The notes beneath the pieces were generated by a model. That model did no database searches. It was not told the origin of the DNA and worked only from the letters and a program-made list of their open reading frames with translations. From an uncultured Gammaproteobacteria bacterium (GTDB taxonomy: Bacteria; Patescibacteriota; Patescibacteriia; UBA9934), in NCBI GenBank assembly GCA_964355955.1, contig CAYHFQ010000001.1, positions 103,419 through 167,418 of the forward strand: a stretch of 64,000 nt of DNA, given 5' to 3'. The stretch's first letter is position 1, and the number at the start of each line of letters is the position of its first letter. This document shows, in pieces, positions 27,599-36,914 of this stretch. A program made the translations under genes and the position numbers.

Positions 27599-28828
27599 AT
27601 GAAAACTACTACAAAATTTAAAATTCTTGGGTTACTGAAGGGCGGGTACTTTTATTTGCCGATTTTTACGTTGTACGCCACTGATCATGGGATTACCATG
27701 AGTGTGGTGGTGTTTAGTCAGGCATTTTATAGCGTGTCACAGTTTTTGTTTGAGGTGCCAACTGGCGTGCTGGCTGATAGGTTTGGGCAGAAGACTTCGG
27801 TGTTGATTGGTTATACGCTCGAGGCTTTGGGTATTTTGACGGTGGTGTTGTGGCCGACGACGCTTGGCCTGTATGCCTGTTATGCAATTGGTGGTTTGGC
27901 GGCATCATTTTTGAGTGGGAGTGAAGAAGTTATTTTGTTTGAGGCTTGTAAGAAAGAGAAGACTAAGTATGCGCAAGTGTATGGGGCGTTTTTAAGTAAT
28001 ATTACTTTTGGCATGATGCTGTCCGCATTGCTTGGTGGTTTTGCTTTTGCCTTGTTTGATCGGGCAGCCTTTGTACCGTTACTTGTAGCCACGACGTTGG
28101 CGTTGTTATTGGCGGCCATATTAGCGACGACGTTTAAGATGCCAGCAAAAGCGTTCAAGCCTGGGAGTAAAGAGGCTAAATTGGCGGCGGAAAGTGGCGG
28201 TTCGGTGGCAATTCTTAAGAAGAGTTTGGCTTTGATGCGCGAGGACGATACTCTGTGGCACCTGATGATTGTGGGAGCGCTGACGCTGACAGGGGATTAC
28301 TTCCTGTATAGCGTGTACCAACCAGCCTTTTTGGCAGTGCTGGTGCCGGCGATTTGGTTTGGTGCGGCGTTGTCGATTGGTTCCGTGGTTAACATGATAT
28401 TGATACGTTATGTTTATGTGTTTGAACGTTACCTGACACTCGATAAGATTATTCTGTTTGTTAACTTATTCATAGCACTCGGCTATCTCGGCATGTCGAG
28501 TACTGGCAGCCCGTTCCTCATGTTAGTAGCGTTTATTGCGGCGCAGAGTTTATTTGGACTGGAGACGCCGGTAGTTAGTGATTATATTAACGAGCGGACG
28601 ACGCCAGATGTGCGGAGTACGGTATTATCTGGCATTTCTTTTACGAATCGCTTTGTGAACGTATTCTTGCGGGCTGGTTTGGCGTTGGTTGTTGGCTTGG
28701 CGGGGATTAAGCTGGGCTTGTTTGCGCAAGGTTGTTACTTATTTGTGGGCGTGTTGTTTGGGTATTACTTGCTGGTAAAGTGTGGGTGTATTCACCGGAT
28801 TACGATGCATGATGGTAAGGCGGTATAG
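27599..28828 (+). CDS. MFS transporter
   Basis: FEVPTGVLADRFGQK motif A; about 12 TM helices; RSTVLS. Confidence 0.92.
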   Translation: MKTTTKFKILGLLKGGYFYLPIFTLYATDHGITMSVVVFSQAFYSVSQFLFEVPTGVLADRFGQKTSVLIGYTLEALGILTVVLWPTTLGLYACYAIGGLAASFLSGSEEVILFEACKKEKTKYAQVYGAFLSNITFGMMLSALLGGFAFALFDRAAFVPLLVATTLALLLAAILATTFKMPAKAFKPGSKEAKLAAESGGSVAILKKSLALMREDDTLWHLMIVGALTLTGDYFLYSVYQPAFLAVLVPAIWFGAALSIGSVVNMILIRYVYVFERYLTLDKIILFVNLFIALGYLGMSSTGSPFLMLVAFIAAQSLFGLETPVVSDYINERTTPDVRSTVLSGISFTNRFVNVFLRAGLALVVGLAGIKLGLFAQGCYLFVGVLFGYYLLVKCGCIHRITMHDGKAV

Positions 28829-28851
28829 ATCATATGTTATAATTACCTTAT

Positions 28852-30294
28852 ATGGTAGTAACCAAGCGTGGGTTGAGTCCGGAGGCTAAGGGTTATAGGG
28901 CGACGCTTAAGGCGCTTAATAAAACTGAATCGCCAATTCATCGTGAAGGTGCAGAGAAGATGCGGGCGGAGAGATTGAAGAGTGAGGCGCCAGAGTCGGC
29001 GGAGGCGAGGGCGGGGAAGGAAAGATTGGCGGAATTAGTTGAACATGGTGACGTTGACACTGATACGATAGCTCGCTTAGCGATTTATTTGGATTGTGAG
29101 CCGTGGGAGGCGCTATCGAGACTGGAAACTTCTTCAGATGAATTGAGTAGATGGATCGATTTCCATCGGCAGCATGCTGATGAATTGGTTGATCTCCAAG
29201 ATGTAAACAGTACACCATGGAATGGGTTACAAGCTAATATTTATCGAGCTCTACTTGAATCTGACGATCTTGATACTTTCACGAGATGGCCATTTAATCC
29301 GTTGTTGAAAATAGGATTAAAAGATGTTAATCGTGCTGATACTACTGTGCTAGTTGAGGATACAGAGAGATTAAGAATTAGTCAGGTATCTTTAGGTCTA
29401 GTAAAATTTAATAATGATAAACCATTGTTTTTATGCGCTGAAAATTTAACAAGATATAGCACTGAAAAAGTTCCATGGTCTATTGTTGGGCATAGGTCGG
29501 TGGTTCAAGCGGACTTGTTGCGTCGTGATCTTTGGACTATGGGACGGGAGCTTGCAATGTTGTTGCCCGAGCAATTTGGTTATAAAGATGCCAAGGAGGC
29601 CGATAGAATGATTACGAAGCAGGTTGAGCGGATTGGGCAATTCGTTGGTCAAGATTTTAAAAAGATTGACGGTGCGTTTTATGTGGGGCCAAAGACGGAG
29701 AAGCAGGAGAAGTTGCGGAAATTGGATAAGAAAGTGGCGCAGAAGATTGTGGTGGAATATAAGCAGGCGATAGCTGAAATTGCTGAGAAAAAGGCAGTAC
29801 AAGAGAAAGAAGAAAATAAACGAGAAAAAGAGTTTAAGATGAGAATGCAGCGTCATCTAGTGCATTTGCAAGCAATTAATCAGGAGATAGACCCAGTGCA
29901 ATTGCCAGCGACAGTTGAACGATTGACTGTTTCTAGTTGGTTTAACCAGACAATGGAAAAACTAGCTACGATAATGAGTTCAAAAGTACGAGAGAGGAAG
30001 CAGTTAGCGGATGACGAGTCAATGAAGCTATTAGCGGATCGTCAGGAGATTTTGATTTCTTTATCGAAATTGAATGATGCGTGGCGAGATAGTGGTAGAA
30101 CCAGTATTTATGATGATGCGCCTAAATTAATGCAATATCAGAATGGTCTAGATAAGGTAAGGGCAGGAGGATTGGAATATTGGTCTAGGTTGGCGGAAGA
30201 AACTGCAATAGCCGCAGTTGATGAATATTTAGCGCGAGATAAGGAAAGCGATGATTTATTGCGAGATAAGTTAGATGAATTGAAGGGTAAATAA
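28852..30294 (+). CDS. Hypothetical charged coiled-coil protein
   Basis: 480-aa ORF with upstream TATAAT; no motif recognised. Confidence 0.75.
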   Translation: MVVTKRGLSPEAKGYRATLKALNKTESPIHREGAEKMRAERLKSEAPESAEARAGKERLAELVEHGDVDTDTIARLAIYLDCEPWEALSRLETSSDELSRWIDFHRQHADELVDLQDVNSTPWNGLQANIYRALLESDDLDTFTRWPFNPLLKIGLKDVNRADTTVLVEDTERLRISQVSLGLVKFNNDKPLFLCAENLTRYSTEKVPWSIVGHRSVVQADLLRRDLWTMGRELAMLLPEQFGYKDAKEADRMITKQVERIGQFVGQDFKKIDGAFYVGPKTEKQEKLRKLDKKVAQKIVVEYKQAIAEIAEKKAVQEKEENKREKEFKMRMQRHLVHLQAINQEIDPVQLPATVERLTVSSWFNQTMEKLATIMSSKVRERKQLADDESMKLLADRQEILISLSKLNDAWRDSGRTSIYDDAPKLMQYQNGLDKVRAGGLEYWSRLAEETAIAAVDEYLARDKESDDLLRDKLDELKGK

Positions 30295-30332
30295 AACTCA
30301 CCTGTCTCGAAGTGAGACAGGTGAGTTTTTTT
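30294..30332. terminator. Bidirectional terminator
   Basis: AAACTCACCTGTCTC-GAAGT-GAGACAGGTGAGTTTTTTT. Confidence 0.85.
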
Positions 30333-30342
30333 GTGTGGGAAG

Positions 30343-30897
30343 TTATTCGGAGTCATCGTTGTTGTCGTCATCATTGAGGTGTGGGGCCATAGGGCCTTTG
30401 CCTGGGAAGTGATGGCCAAGGCGGTGATCGCCGCGGTGACCGAGTTCTGGTCGGAGACCAAAACCTTTTGGAATATCGTTATCTTTGGCCCAGGTTTTGA
30501 GAGATTCCATCTCTGTTTTCATGGCTGCTTGGCGGTCGGCTGGAGCGACGTCTTTTTGCGATTGCAGGAAGGCGTCGAGCTCCGCTTGCTTGGCAGTGAT
30601 GGCGTCGGCCTGAGCTTGGGTTAGCTTGCCTTTGGTTATGGCTTCTTCAAGATGAGTAGCCATTTTTGCCTCCATGTCGGCATGGATCTGATTGCGTTGT
30701 TCGTCGAAAACAGCTTGAACGTCGTCCTTGTTTAAATGAAATTTAGTAGCGATGGCGGTGACTAAACCACTGACTGGATTGTCGTGAGCTGCTGGAACAG
30801 TTGCAGCGTAGGTGGTGCTGACAGCGGCGAAGACGCTAGCACCTAAAGTTGCTACGATAGCGGCGGTGACTATGGCGCGTTTAGCTTTGTTCATCAT
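30343..30897 (-). CDS. Secreted helical protein with His/Gly-rich tail
   Basis: Signal peptide; LEEAITKGKLTQAQADAI motif; tail HRGDHRLGHHF. Confidence 0.8.
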   Translation of the reverse strand: MMNKAKRAIVTAAIVATLGASVFAAVSTTYAATVPAAHDNPVSGLVTAIATKFHLNKDDVQAVFDEQRNQIHADMEAKMATHLEEAITKGKLTQAQADAITAKQAELDAFLQSQKDVAPADRQAAMKTEMESLKTWAKDNDIPKGFGLRPELGHRGDHRLGHHFPGKGPMAPHLNDDDNNDDSE

Positions 30898-31058
30898 AGT
30901 TTAGTAGTCCTTCCCCTGGGAAAGTCCTAGATTATATTAATAAAATGAAAAAGAAGGGAAGAAACAGCACTGTCGCGCCTGGTCAGAAAAGGGGATGGTC
31001 ATTTCCGAGGAGGCCGGTGTGCTGAGACTTATCGTAAGAGTAATGTAGCAGAAGGGTA

Positions 31059-31076
31059 GTGAAGAGATTATGAAGG
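31059..31076 (-). promoter_or_regulatory. Putative response-regulator binding site
   Basis: Plus-strand GTGAAGAGATTATGAAGG (TGAAG repeated at 11-bp pitch); 16/18 identical to 32938-32955; just upstream of an extended -10 (TGCTACATT). Confidence 0.65.
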
Positions 31077-31077
31077 G

Positions 31078-31248
31078 TCGCTCGCAGTCGGCCTGGACTC
31101 TCTCTTCTCCCCGCAGGGCGAGGACGCGGCGCCGCAGGTCGTCAACCGCGCCAGCCGTCTCACCTCGTATGACTCGGGCGCTGGCACAGGGCCGACCTTT
31201 GCTTGGCGCAAGAGTTCCAGGCCAACCGCTCGCTCCTACAAGGCTCAG
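31078..31248. repeat. Structured repeat family A, copy 2 (variant outer arms)
   Basis: Same core and tail as copy 1; outer stem GGCCTGGA / TCCAGGCC; the tail contains the histidine kinase stop codon. Confidence 0.9.
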
Positions 31249-32300
31249 ACCTTGAGTGGGAGTTTGAGGGTGACAGTGGTGCCGTGGCCGGGGGTACTGA
31301 GCATAGTGACGTCGCCACCGATATCGGCCATGATGGATTGGACAATGGCGAGGCCGAGGCCGGAGCCGCCGGTAGCGCGAGAACGGCTTTGTTCAACGCG
31401 CCAGAAACGGTCGAAGATGTGTTCGAGGTCGGGAGGGGCGATGCCAATACCGGTGTCTGTTACCGTAATAAAGCCCCCTCCAACTCCCCCATGGCTGGGG
31501 GAGGGTTGTTCAGTGCCGATGGTGACGTCGACACTACCGTTTTCTTTATTGTAGATGATGGCATTGCTGATGATGTTGCTGAGCGCGACGTCGAGGAGGT
31601 CGCGGTTGGCTGAGATTTCGATGAGGTGAGGAGTTGGTGCCAGGTGCAGTGTAATGTGATGCGCTTCGGCTAAGGATTTGAGGCGGTCGACGGCGGCGGT
31701 GACGAGATCCACGAGGTTGATGAGGCTTGCGGGGCGAGGTGGGGAGTTGTGCTCGTCGAGTTTGGAGAGCAGGAGAAGATCGGCGACGAGGCGGCGCATG
31801 CGTTCGATTTCTTCCAGGTGGCTGTCGATACGGGCTGTGACGACAGGGTCGGTAGCGACCAGGCGTTCGTTTTCGAAGTCAGTTTTAAGAATGGCGAGAG
31901 GCGTGCGGAGTTCGTGGCTGGCGTCGCTTAAGAATTTCTTTTGGGCGCTGTAGGCGGCGCGGATTGGTTTGATAGTGGAACCAGCGACGAGGTAGCTAAC
32001 TAAGCCGGCGATGATGAGGAGAATGCCGTTGACGACAACGAGAGTCTGGATGAGGTCGGAACGGACGTCTTCCGCAGTGGGCACAGGGACAAGCTCGGAA
32101 CGCTCAAGGTCAAAACGGAGGCCGTGGAAACGGTTTTGGAGGCGCTCGCTAAAAATAGTGCGGGTGACGGCACTCGAAATAATGAGAATGGCGGCGAGGA
32201 CGACAATGTAGAGAATTGTCAGCCAGAAACGAGTAGCGCCTAAGCGTTCCTCAAACGAGACGGTAGCCTTTTCCCCAGACTGTTTGGATGCGTTTGGCAT
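31245..32300 (-). CDS. Sensor histidine kinase
   Basis: FLSDASHELRTPL H box, NIISNAIIY, DTGIG, IFDRFWR, GSGLGLAI; two TM helices. Start uncertain. Confidence 0.95.
   Translation of the reverse strand: MPNASKQSGEKATVSFEERLGATRFWLTILYIVVLAAILIISSAVTRTIFSERLQNRFHGLRFDLERSELVPVPTAEDVRSDLIQTLVVVNGILLIIAGLVSYLVAGSTIKPIRAAYSAQKKFLSDASHELRTPLAILKTDFENERLVATDPVVTARIDSHLEEIERMRRLVADLLLLSKLDEHNSPPRPASLINLVDLVTAAVDRLKSLAEAHHITLHLAPTPHLIEISANRDLLDVALSNIISNAIIYNKENGSVDVTIGTEQPSPSHGGVGGGFITVTDTGIGIAPPDLEHIFDRFWRVEQSRSRATGGSGLGLAIVQSIMADIGGDVTMLSTPGHGTTVTLKLPLKV
31472..31505 (+). repeat. Palindromic element family E inside the histidine kinase gene
   Basis: AGCCCCCTCCAACTCCCCCATGGCTGGGGGAGGG, read as PSPSHGGVGGG. 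Confidence 0.92.
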
Positions 32301-32913
32301 AAGCTTTTGGTAACTTCTTACGTAAGTTTTTGAGGTGGACGTCGACAACGTTGCTAAAAGAGTCAAAGAAGCGGTCCCAAACGTGAGTCAGGATGTCCTC
32401 GCGGGTGACGACGCCGCCGAGATTCCGCAGGAAATATTCAAGCAGACCGTATTCGCGCAGAGTTAGTTCGATTGGTTTGTCGTCAACGGTGAGGGTTTGG
32501 CTGCGGGTGTCGAGTTTGAGGTTGCCGAGTGTGAGGACGTCGCTGACGACTTGGGGAGCGCGGCGGAGAATAGTGCGAATGCGGGCGACCAGTTCCTCGA
32601 ACGAGAATGGTTTGACTAAGTAGTCGTCGGCACCGAGGTTGAGGCCTTCGACTTTAGCGTCGATAGCGTCTTTGGCGGTTAAAAAGAGGATGGGCACGTT
32701 GTTTTTAGCGGCACGGAGGTTTTGGCAAACGGTGAAGCCGTCACGGTTGGGCATCATGACGTCGAGAATGATGAGATCGTAACCGCCACCTTTGGCCATA
32801 TTCTCGCCCTCCACACCGTCAAAGGCAAAATCGACCGCATAGCCGCGGGCTTGGAGGCCTAGGACTAGGCCTTTATTCAACTTGGGCTCATCCTCTACTA
32901 CCAATAACTTCAT
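32251..32913 (-). CDS. OmpR/PhoB-family response regulator
   Basis: LLVVEDE, ILDVMMP, LTAKD, GADDYLVKPF, VVDVHLKNLRKK, TVWGKGY. Confidence 0.97.
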   Translation of the reverse strand: MKLLVVEDEPKLNKGLVLGLQARGYAVDFAFDGVEGENMAKGGGYDLIILDVMMPNRDGFTVCQNLRAAKNNVPILFLTAKDAIDAKVEGLNLGADDYLVKPFSFEELVARIRTILRRAPQVVSDVLTLGNLKLDTRSQTLTVDDKPIELTLREYGLLEYFLRNLGGVVTREDILTHVWDRFFDSFSNVVDVHLKNLRKKLPKAYAKRIQTVWGKGYRLV

Positions 32914-32937
32914 GTGTAGACACTATAGCAAAATGGT

Positions 32938-32955
32938 GTGAAGAGACAATGAAGG
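32938..32955 (-). promoter_or_regulatory. Putative autoregulatory response-regulator site
   Basis: Plus-strand GTGAAGAGACAATGAAGG, just upstream of TGCTATAGT -10 of the regulator gene. Confidence 0.65.
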
Positions 32956-33054
32956 AGGGGTTGACGTGATGATTAGTTAATTTGCGTCAAAATCTGCTCG
33001 GTGGCGGCTGATTAAGAGATGAGGGTTAAGGGTATATATGTTAAGATACTGGAT

Positions 33055-33555
33055 ATGATGACAAGTGTTGAGGAATTTTATGAGGAGGCGCAGAAGCTAG
33101 CGCAAATTTTTGATAGTTGGGTTGAAAAGATTAATTTGGCGGCGGTAGCTGACCATGTGTGTTATAAGTGTGGTGATGAAGAGGAGTTTTCAGGAATGAG
33201 AAAGATGTTTGAGGCGGAGAGCAAATTTATTTATCAGTCGATTATTTCTGGGCGGCGTATTGCGGTGATCAAGTTTGTGCGGCCGGTGTCGACGAGTATG
33301 GGAGACATTTGGTACTTGGAGTTGGCGGCACAGAAGCCGGATGGGAGTCAGCTAAGTGGTTTTGATCATGTGGAGATTTATCCGCTTAAGGGCACGATGG
33401 AGGCGCTGGCGGAGGAGATGATGGCGCAAGGGGTGAGGTTAGAAAAGATTGTGCGGCCGCATCATACGACTTATGATGGAGTGATTGAGGGGAGGTTGAA
33501 GATAAGATTGGAGGATGAGGCGTTGGTAGAGAAGATCAAGAGAGACGAGATGTAA
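33055..33555 (+). CDS. YecM-like VOC family protein
   Basis: ADHVCYKC, IISGRRIAVIK, YLELAAQK, GFDHVEIY. Start uncertain (33019-33058). Confidence 0.8.
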   Translation: MMTSVEEFYEEAQKLAQIFDSWVEKINLAAVADHVCYKCGDEEEFSGMRKMFEAESKFIYQSIISGRRIAVIKFVRPVSTSMGDIWYLELAAQKPDGSQLSGFDHVEIYPLKGTMEALAEEMMAQGVRLEKIVRPHHTTYDGVIEGRLKIRLEDEALVEKIKRDEM

Positions 33556-33565
33556 TTATAATAAT

Positions 33566-34216
33566 ATGGATTTTGAAACAGCAGTTGAAGTCATTTGGGA
33601 TTATCATCGATTGCATCATGAGTGGAAAAAGGCTGACGTGATGTTGGTCTTGGGCAGTCACGATTTAAGAGTGGCGAAATATGCGGTGGATTTATACTTG
33701 CGAGGATTGGCTCCGCTAGTGGTAGTGTCGGGCGGCGTTGCGCACACTGATGATTTGCTGAAGACGGGTTGGACGGGGACGGAGGCGGCAGAGTTTGCTC
33801 GGGTGATAGTAGCGGCTGGAGTGCCAGCGGAGAAGATATTATTAGAGGAACAGGCAAAGAATACGAGTGAGAATTTTTCATTAAGTCGGCCAATAATTGA
33901 TTGCGTACTTGCGAGTTGGAGTTCGGTATTGATAGTTACTAAACCGTATATGGAGAGGCGAGCCTATGCGACTGGGGCTAAGTTGTGGCCAGATAAAGAA
34001 TTGTTAGTGACTTCACTGGAATTATCTTTTGATGAATATATCGGTGGTGATATCGCTCGAGATGATGTGATTAATTTGATGATGGGTGATTTACAAAGAA
34101 TAGATGTTTACGGAAAGAAGGGATGGCAAACAGAACAGAATATTCCGACTGAAGTATGGACAGCGTTTGAGGAGTTAAAGAAGTTGGGGTATACGAAGCA
34201 TTTATTAAAGGATTAA
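33566..34216 (+). CDS. YdcF/DUF218-family protein
   Basis: LVLGSHD, VVSGG, EEQAKNTSEN, VTKPYMERRAYAT. Confidence 0.9.
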   Translation: MDFETAVEVIWDYHRLHHEWKKADVMLVLGSHDLRVAKYAVDLYLRGLAPLVVVSGGVAHTDDLLKTGWTGTEAAEFARVIVAAGVPAEKILLEEQAKNTSENFSLSRPIIDCVLASWSSVLIVTKPYMERRAYATGAKLWPDKELLVTSLELSFDEYIGGDIARDDVINLMMGDLQRIDVYGKKGWQTEQNIPTEVWTAFEELKKLGYTKHLLKD

Positions 34217-34227
34217 TAAGTATTGAT

Positions 34228-34404
34228 ATGACTGACGATCAGATAACCGAAAAGAAAACGTCAGAGTGCCCGGTGTGTGGTGGCAAAGAGACAGAGACAG
34301 GGAGGACTGAGGTGAGAGAGGGGCAGACGTGGTATGAAATGAAGTGTGAGGAGTGCCAGAGTGTAGGTTGGGAATGGGCAAAGGAGTGGGAGGAGGGTGC
34401 TTAA
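34228..34404 (+). CDS. Small zinc-ribbon protein (58 aa)
   Basis: Not in ORF track. MTDDQITEKKTSECPVCGGKETETGRTEVREGQTWYEMKCEECQSVGWEWAKEWEEGA has two CxxC motifs. Confidence 0.75.
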   Translation: MTDDQITEKKTSECPVCGGKETETGRTEVREGQTWYEMKCEECQSVGWEWAKEWEEGA

Positions 34405-34437
34405 GAAAATTCAAGCAAAGGTGTATACTGAACTTAT

Positions 34438-35412
34438 ATGCGTAAAATATTTGCTTCAATCTTCGTAGTGACGCTCGCGGCCAGTGCCTTGTATGCACTA
34501 CATCCAGTCTACGCAGCTAATGCGGGAGACTTGATAAAGTGTCCAGACTTCAGCTCGGTTTATTTTTTAGCTAACGACGGAAAGCGCTACGTTTTCCCGA
34601 ATGAGCATATTTACAAGAGTTGGTACCCAGATTTTGACGCTGTCAAAACTATTTCTTGTGCTGACTTAGGTTTGTTACCACTCGGCGCCAGGGTCATGTA
34701 TCAGCCTGGAACAAGTTTGGTAAAAATTCCGAGCGACCCTTCGGTTTTCGTGGTCGAAGATAACGAAATCGTGCGGGAGATCCCAGATGAAGCAACGGCT
34801 ATAGCGTTGTTTGGTGATAATTGGAGCGATCGTGTGGACGATGTGTCTGAGGCTTTTTGGCCTAGTTTTACAAAGGGAGAGCCTTTGGTTGGCAATGAGG
34901 TGCCAGAAGGAACTATTCTTGAGGATAATTTGAGTAAGCTGTTTAGGGTAAGAAATGATGGCACGGCGATCGAGGTGAATTCGTCATTAACTGCGGATCA
35001 AGAATTAGTACTTAAAGAACACGCTATTCATATTGATGATATTGAGTCGAGAATGGGTGTGACAATTGCTTTGACACAGGTGGATAATACAACGGCAACC
35101 ACTGTGCTGACAGAGATTGAGAATGAACTTGAAACGGTTCATGTTGAACAGGAAGATGAAGTTGAGGTAGAAGATATTCTTGAAGTAGAAGATGTGGAAG
35201 ATGCTGAGGTAAGTGCGGATGATGAGGTTGCCGAAAATACTTCAGGAACTGGTAGCGGTGACGTGGCTGATAGCACTGACGAGTCTATTAATTCCGATGT
35301 TTCAGGCGATGCTGAAAATATTGATAGCTCCGTTAGCGGTAATGAATCTAGCGATAGTGGTTCGTCTGATAATTCCGGAGACTCTAGCGGGTCTGATAGT
35401 TCAGAAGACTAA
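34438..35412 (+). CDS. Secreted protein with conserved N-terminal surface domain and acidic Ser-rich tail
   Basis: Signal peptide; GDLIKC...VYF..DGKRYVFPNE.IY.SWY.DF..V domain, also present in the neighbouring GH6 protein. Confidence 0.8.
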   Translation: MRKIFASIFVVTLAASALYALHPVYAANAGDLIKCPDFSSVYFLANDGKRYVFPNEHIYKSWYPDFDAVKTISCADLGLLPLGARVMYQPGTSLVKIPSDPSVFVVEDNEIVREIPDEATAIALFGDNWSDRVDDVSEAFWPSFTKGEPLVGNEVPEGTILEDNLSKLFRVRNDGTAIEVNSSLTADQELVLKEHAIHIDDIESRMGVTIALTQVDNTTATTVLTEIENELETVHVEQEDEVEVEDILEVEDVEDAEVSADDEVAENTSGTGSGDVADSTDESINSDVSGDAENIDSSVSGNESSDSGSSDNSGDSSGSDSSED

Positions 35413-35428
35413 GAAATTATAAGATAGA

Positions 35429-35458
35429 AAAATACGGTAGCCTGAGCTGCCGTATTTT
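35429..35458. terminator. Bidirectional terminator
   Basis: AAAATACGGTAGC-CTGA-GCTGCCGTATTTT. Confidence 0.75.
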
Positions 35459-35462
35459 GAAA

Positions 35463-36893
35463 TTATTTTGTAAGACCGAGGGCGTAGTCGAGCCACCAGT
35501 CTCCAGCTGTGGGGCCGCCGTTACAGGTGCCGTCGGATTCGCCCGGGGGTTTGACCCAGAGATAAGCGTCGACGAGGGTGTTGCCGGTGTTGGTGGTAGG
35601 GTTTTGGCCGATTGCTCGACCGCTTGGGTTGCACCACTCACCATTTGAGCCGTTACCGTTGCGGCTGGTGTCGATGATGAAATGTTTGTTGCTAATGAGG
35701 TTGCTGATAGTGGTGCCGTAGGTGATGTTTTCCCCGTTTGTGTAAAAGTTTGAGACATTGAGAACAAAGCCGTCAGCAGCGGCGATGTTGGCGGTGGTCA
35801 GGCGACTGGCCATGGTGGTGGCGTCGACCCAGTTGGCGTGGCCGGCGTCGAGGTAGACGAGAGAATTTGCGGAAGATTTGAGGATGGTGATGGTTTGGCC
35901 GAGTAAGGCGAGACGATTGGTGGTGACGCAAGAAGCGGAGGTGGCGTCGGGTTCGAGAATAATGACGGCGGGACGATTATGGAGGCCGGCGGCGAAGTTG
36001 GTTAGCCAGGTGAGATAGTCGGCGTCGGAGGCGGCGCCGCTCGAGGAGTAGCAACCAAGGTTAGGAATGTTGTAGGTGACGAGTACGGGGAGAGCGCCAG
36101 CATCAGTAGCGGTGGTGATGTAATTGTTAACCGAGTTCTCGATGTGACTGTTCCAGTCGCCGAACCATTTAGCGACGGGTTGTGAGGCGATTTTTTCAAG
36201 AGCGGCAGCGTCGGTTGGGTTGGTGCCGGCCCAGGCGGTGATTTGCTGGCGGGCGTCGGAGTTGGGGTCAGTGTAGATCGCGCTCAGCGCGATTGGGTTG
36301 TTTGTGGTCAAAGCTGAGCTTTGACTTGGTGTGGAAATGAGCTGGGAACGGGTTTTTAGGACTGAGAGGTCGGGAGAGTAGTCGAGAGAAGTGACGTCGA
36401 GGCCGCGAGTGAAATGCGGAAAGATAGTTGGTGGGAGATCGATGACGTAATTGGCCCAGTTGGCGCCGTAGAGACTGGTGGCTAGAGATTCGGTATTGAG
36501 CCAGCGAAGTTCTTGATTACTGTCGACGATGTAAGTGCGAGCGTCGCTTTGGATTTTGACGAGGACGACGTTGGGTTTGGGGAGGACTAAGGTTGATAAG
36601 GGAAGGGAGGCGAGGATGCTGTCGGAGACGGTAATGACGCGATCGAAATTATTTTGCCAGGTGAAGAAAATTTGCTCGTTGATAAAAGCGTGGCGCTGTA
36701 GGTGGCCATCTTTGTCAAGATCGACGTAGTAAACGTCGGAAAAGTTGGTGCCTTTAAGATAGCTACCGGATTCGACTGTGCTGGCGGCGAAGGCGGGGGA
36801 GAGCTGCGAGAAAAGTGAAGAGAAGAGGATTGAGCATAACAAACAAAGGCCTGTGATGGAGTTTTGCCAGAGTTTGTTAGAGGGAGGAAACAT
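35463..36893 (-). CDS. Secreted glycoside hydrolase family 6 (cellulase-type) with N-terminal surface domain
   Basis: ILEPDA, YLDAGHANW, GFVLNVSNF, IIDTSRNGNG, WCNP, DAYLWVKPPGESDG. Confidence 0.92.
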   Translation of the reverse strand: MFPPSNKLWQNSITGLCLLCSILFSSLFSQLSPAFAASTVESGSYLKGTNFSDVYYVDLDKDGHLQRHAFINEQIFFTWQNNFDRVITVSDSILASLPLSTLVLPKPNVVLVKIQSDARTYIVDSNQELRWLNTESLATSLYGANWANYVIDLPPTIFPHFTRGLDVTSLDYSPDLSVLKTRSQLISTPSQSSALTTNNPIALSAIYTDPNSDARQQITAWAGTNPTDAAALEKIASQPVAKWFGDWNSHIENSVNNYITTATDAGALPVLVTYNIPNLGCYSSSGAASDADYLTWLTNFAAGLHNRPAVIILEPDATSASCVTTNRLALLGQTITILKSSANSLVYLDAGHANWVDATTMASRLTTANIAAADGFVLNVSNFYTNGENITYGTTISNLISNKHFIIDTSRNGNGSNGEWCNPSGRAIGQNPTTNTGNTLVDAYLWVKPPGESDGTCNGGPTAGDWWLDYALGLTK

Positions 36894-36914
36894 ATTAATC
36901 AGTGTGTGATTTGT

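Noticed and set aside
31070-31255. Short ORFs over structured elements (also 44279-44500, 55311-55520, 56377-56613)
   Set aside because: They coincide with repeats or tRNA and have no protein-like features.
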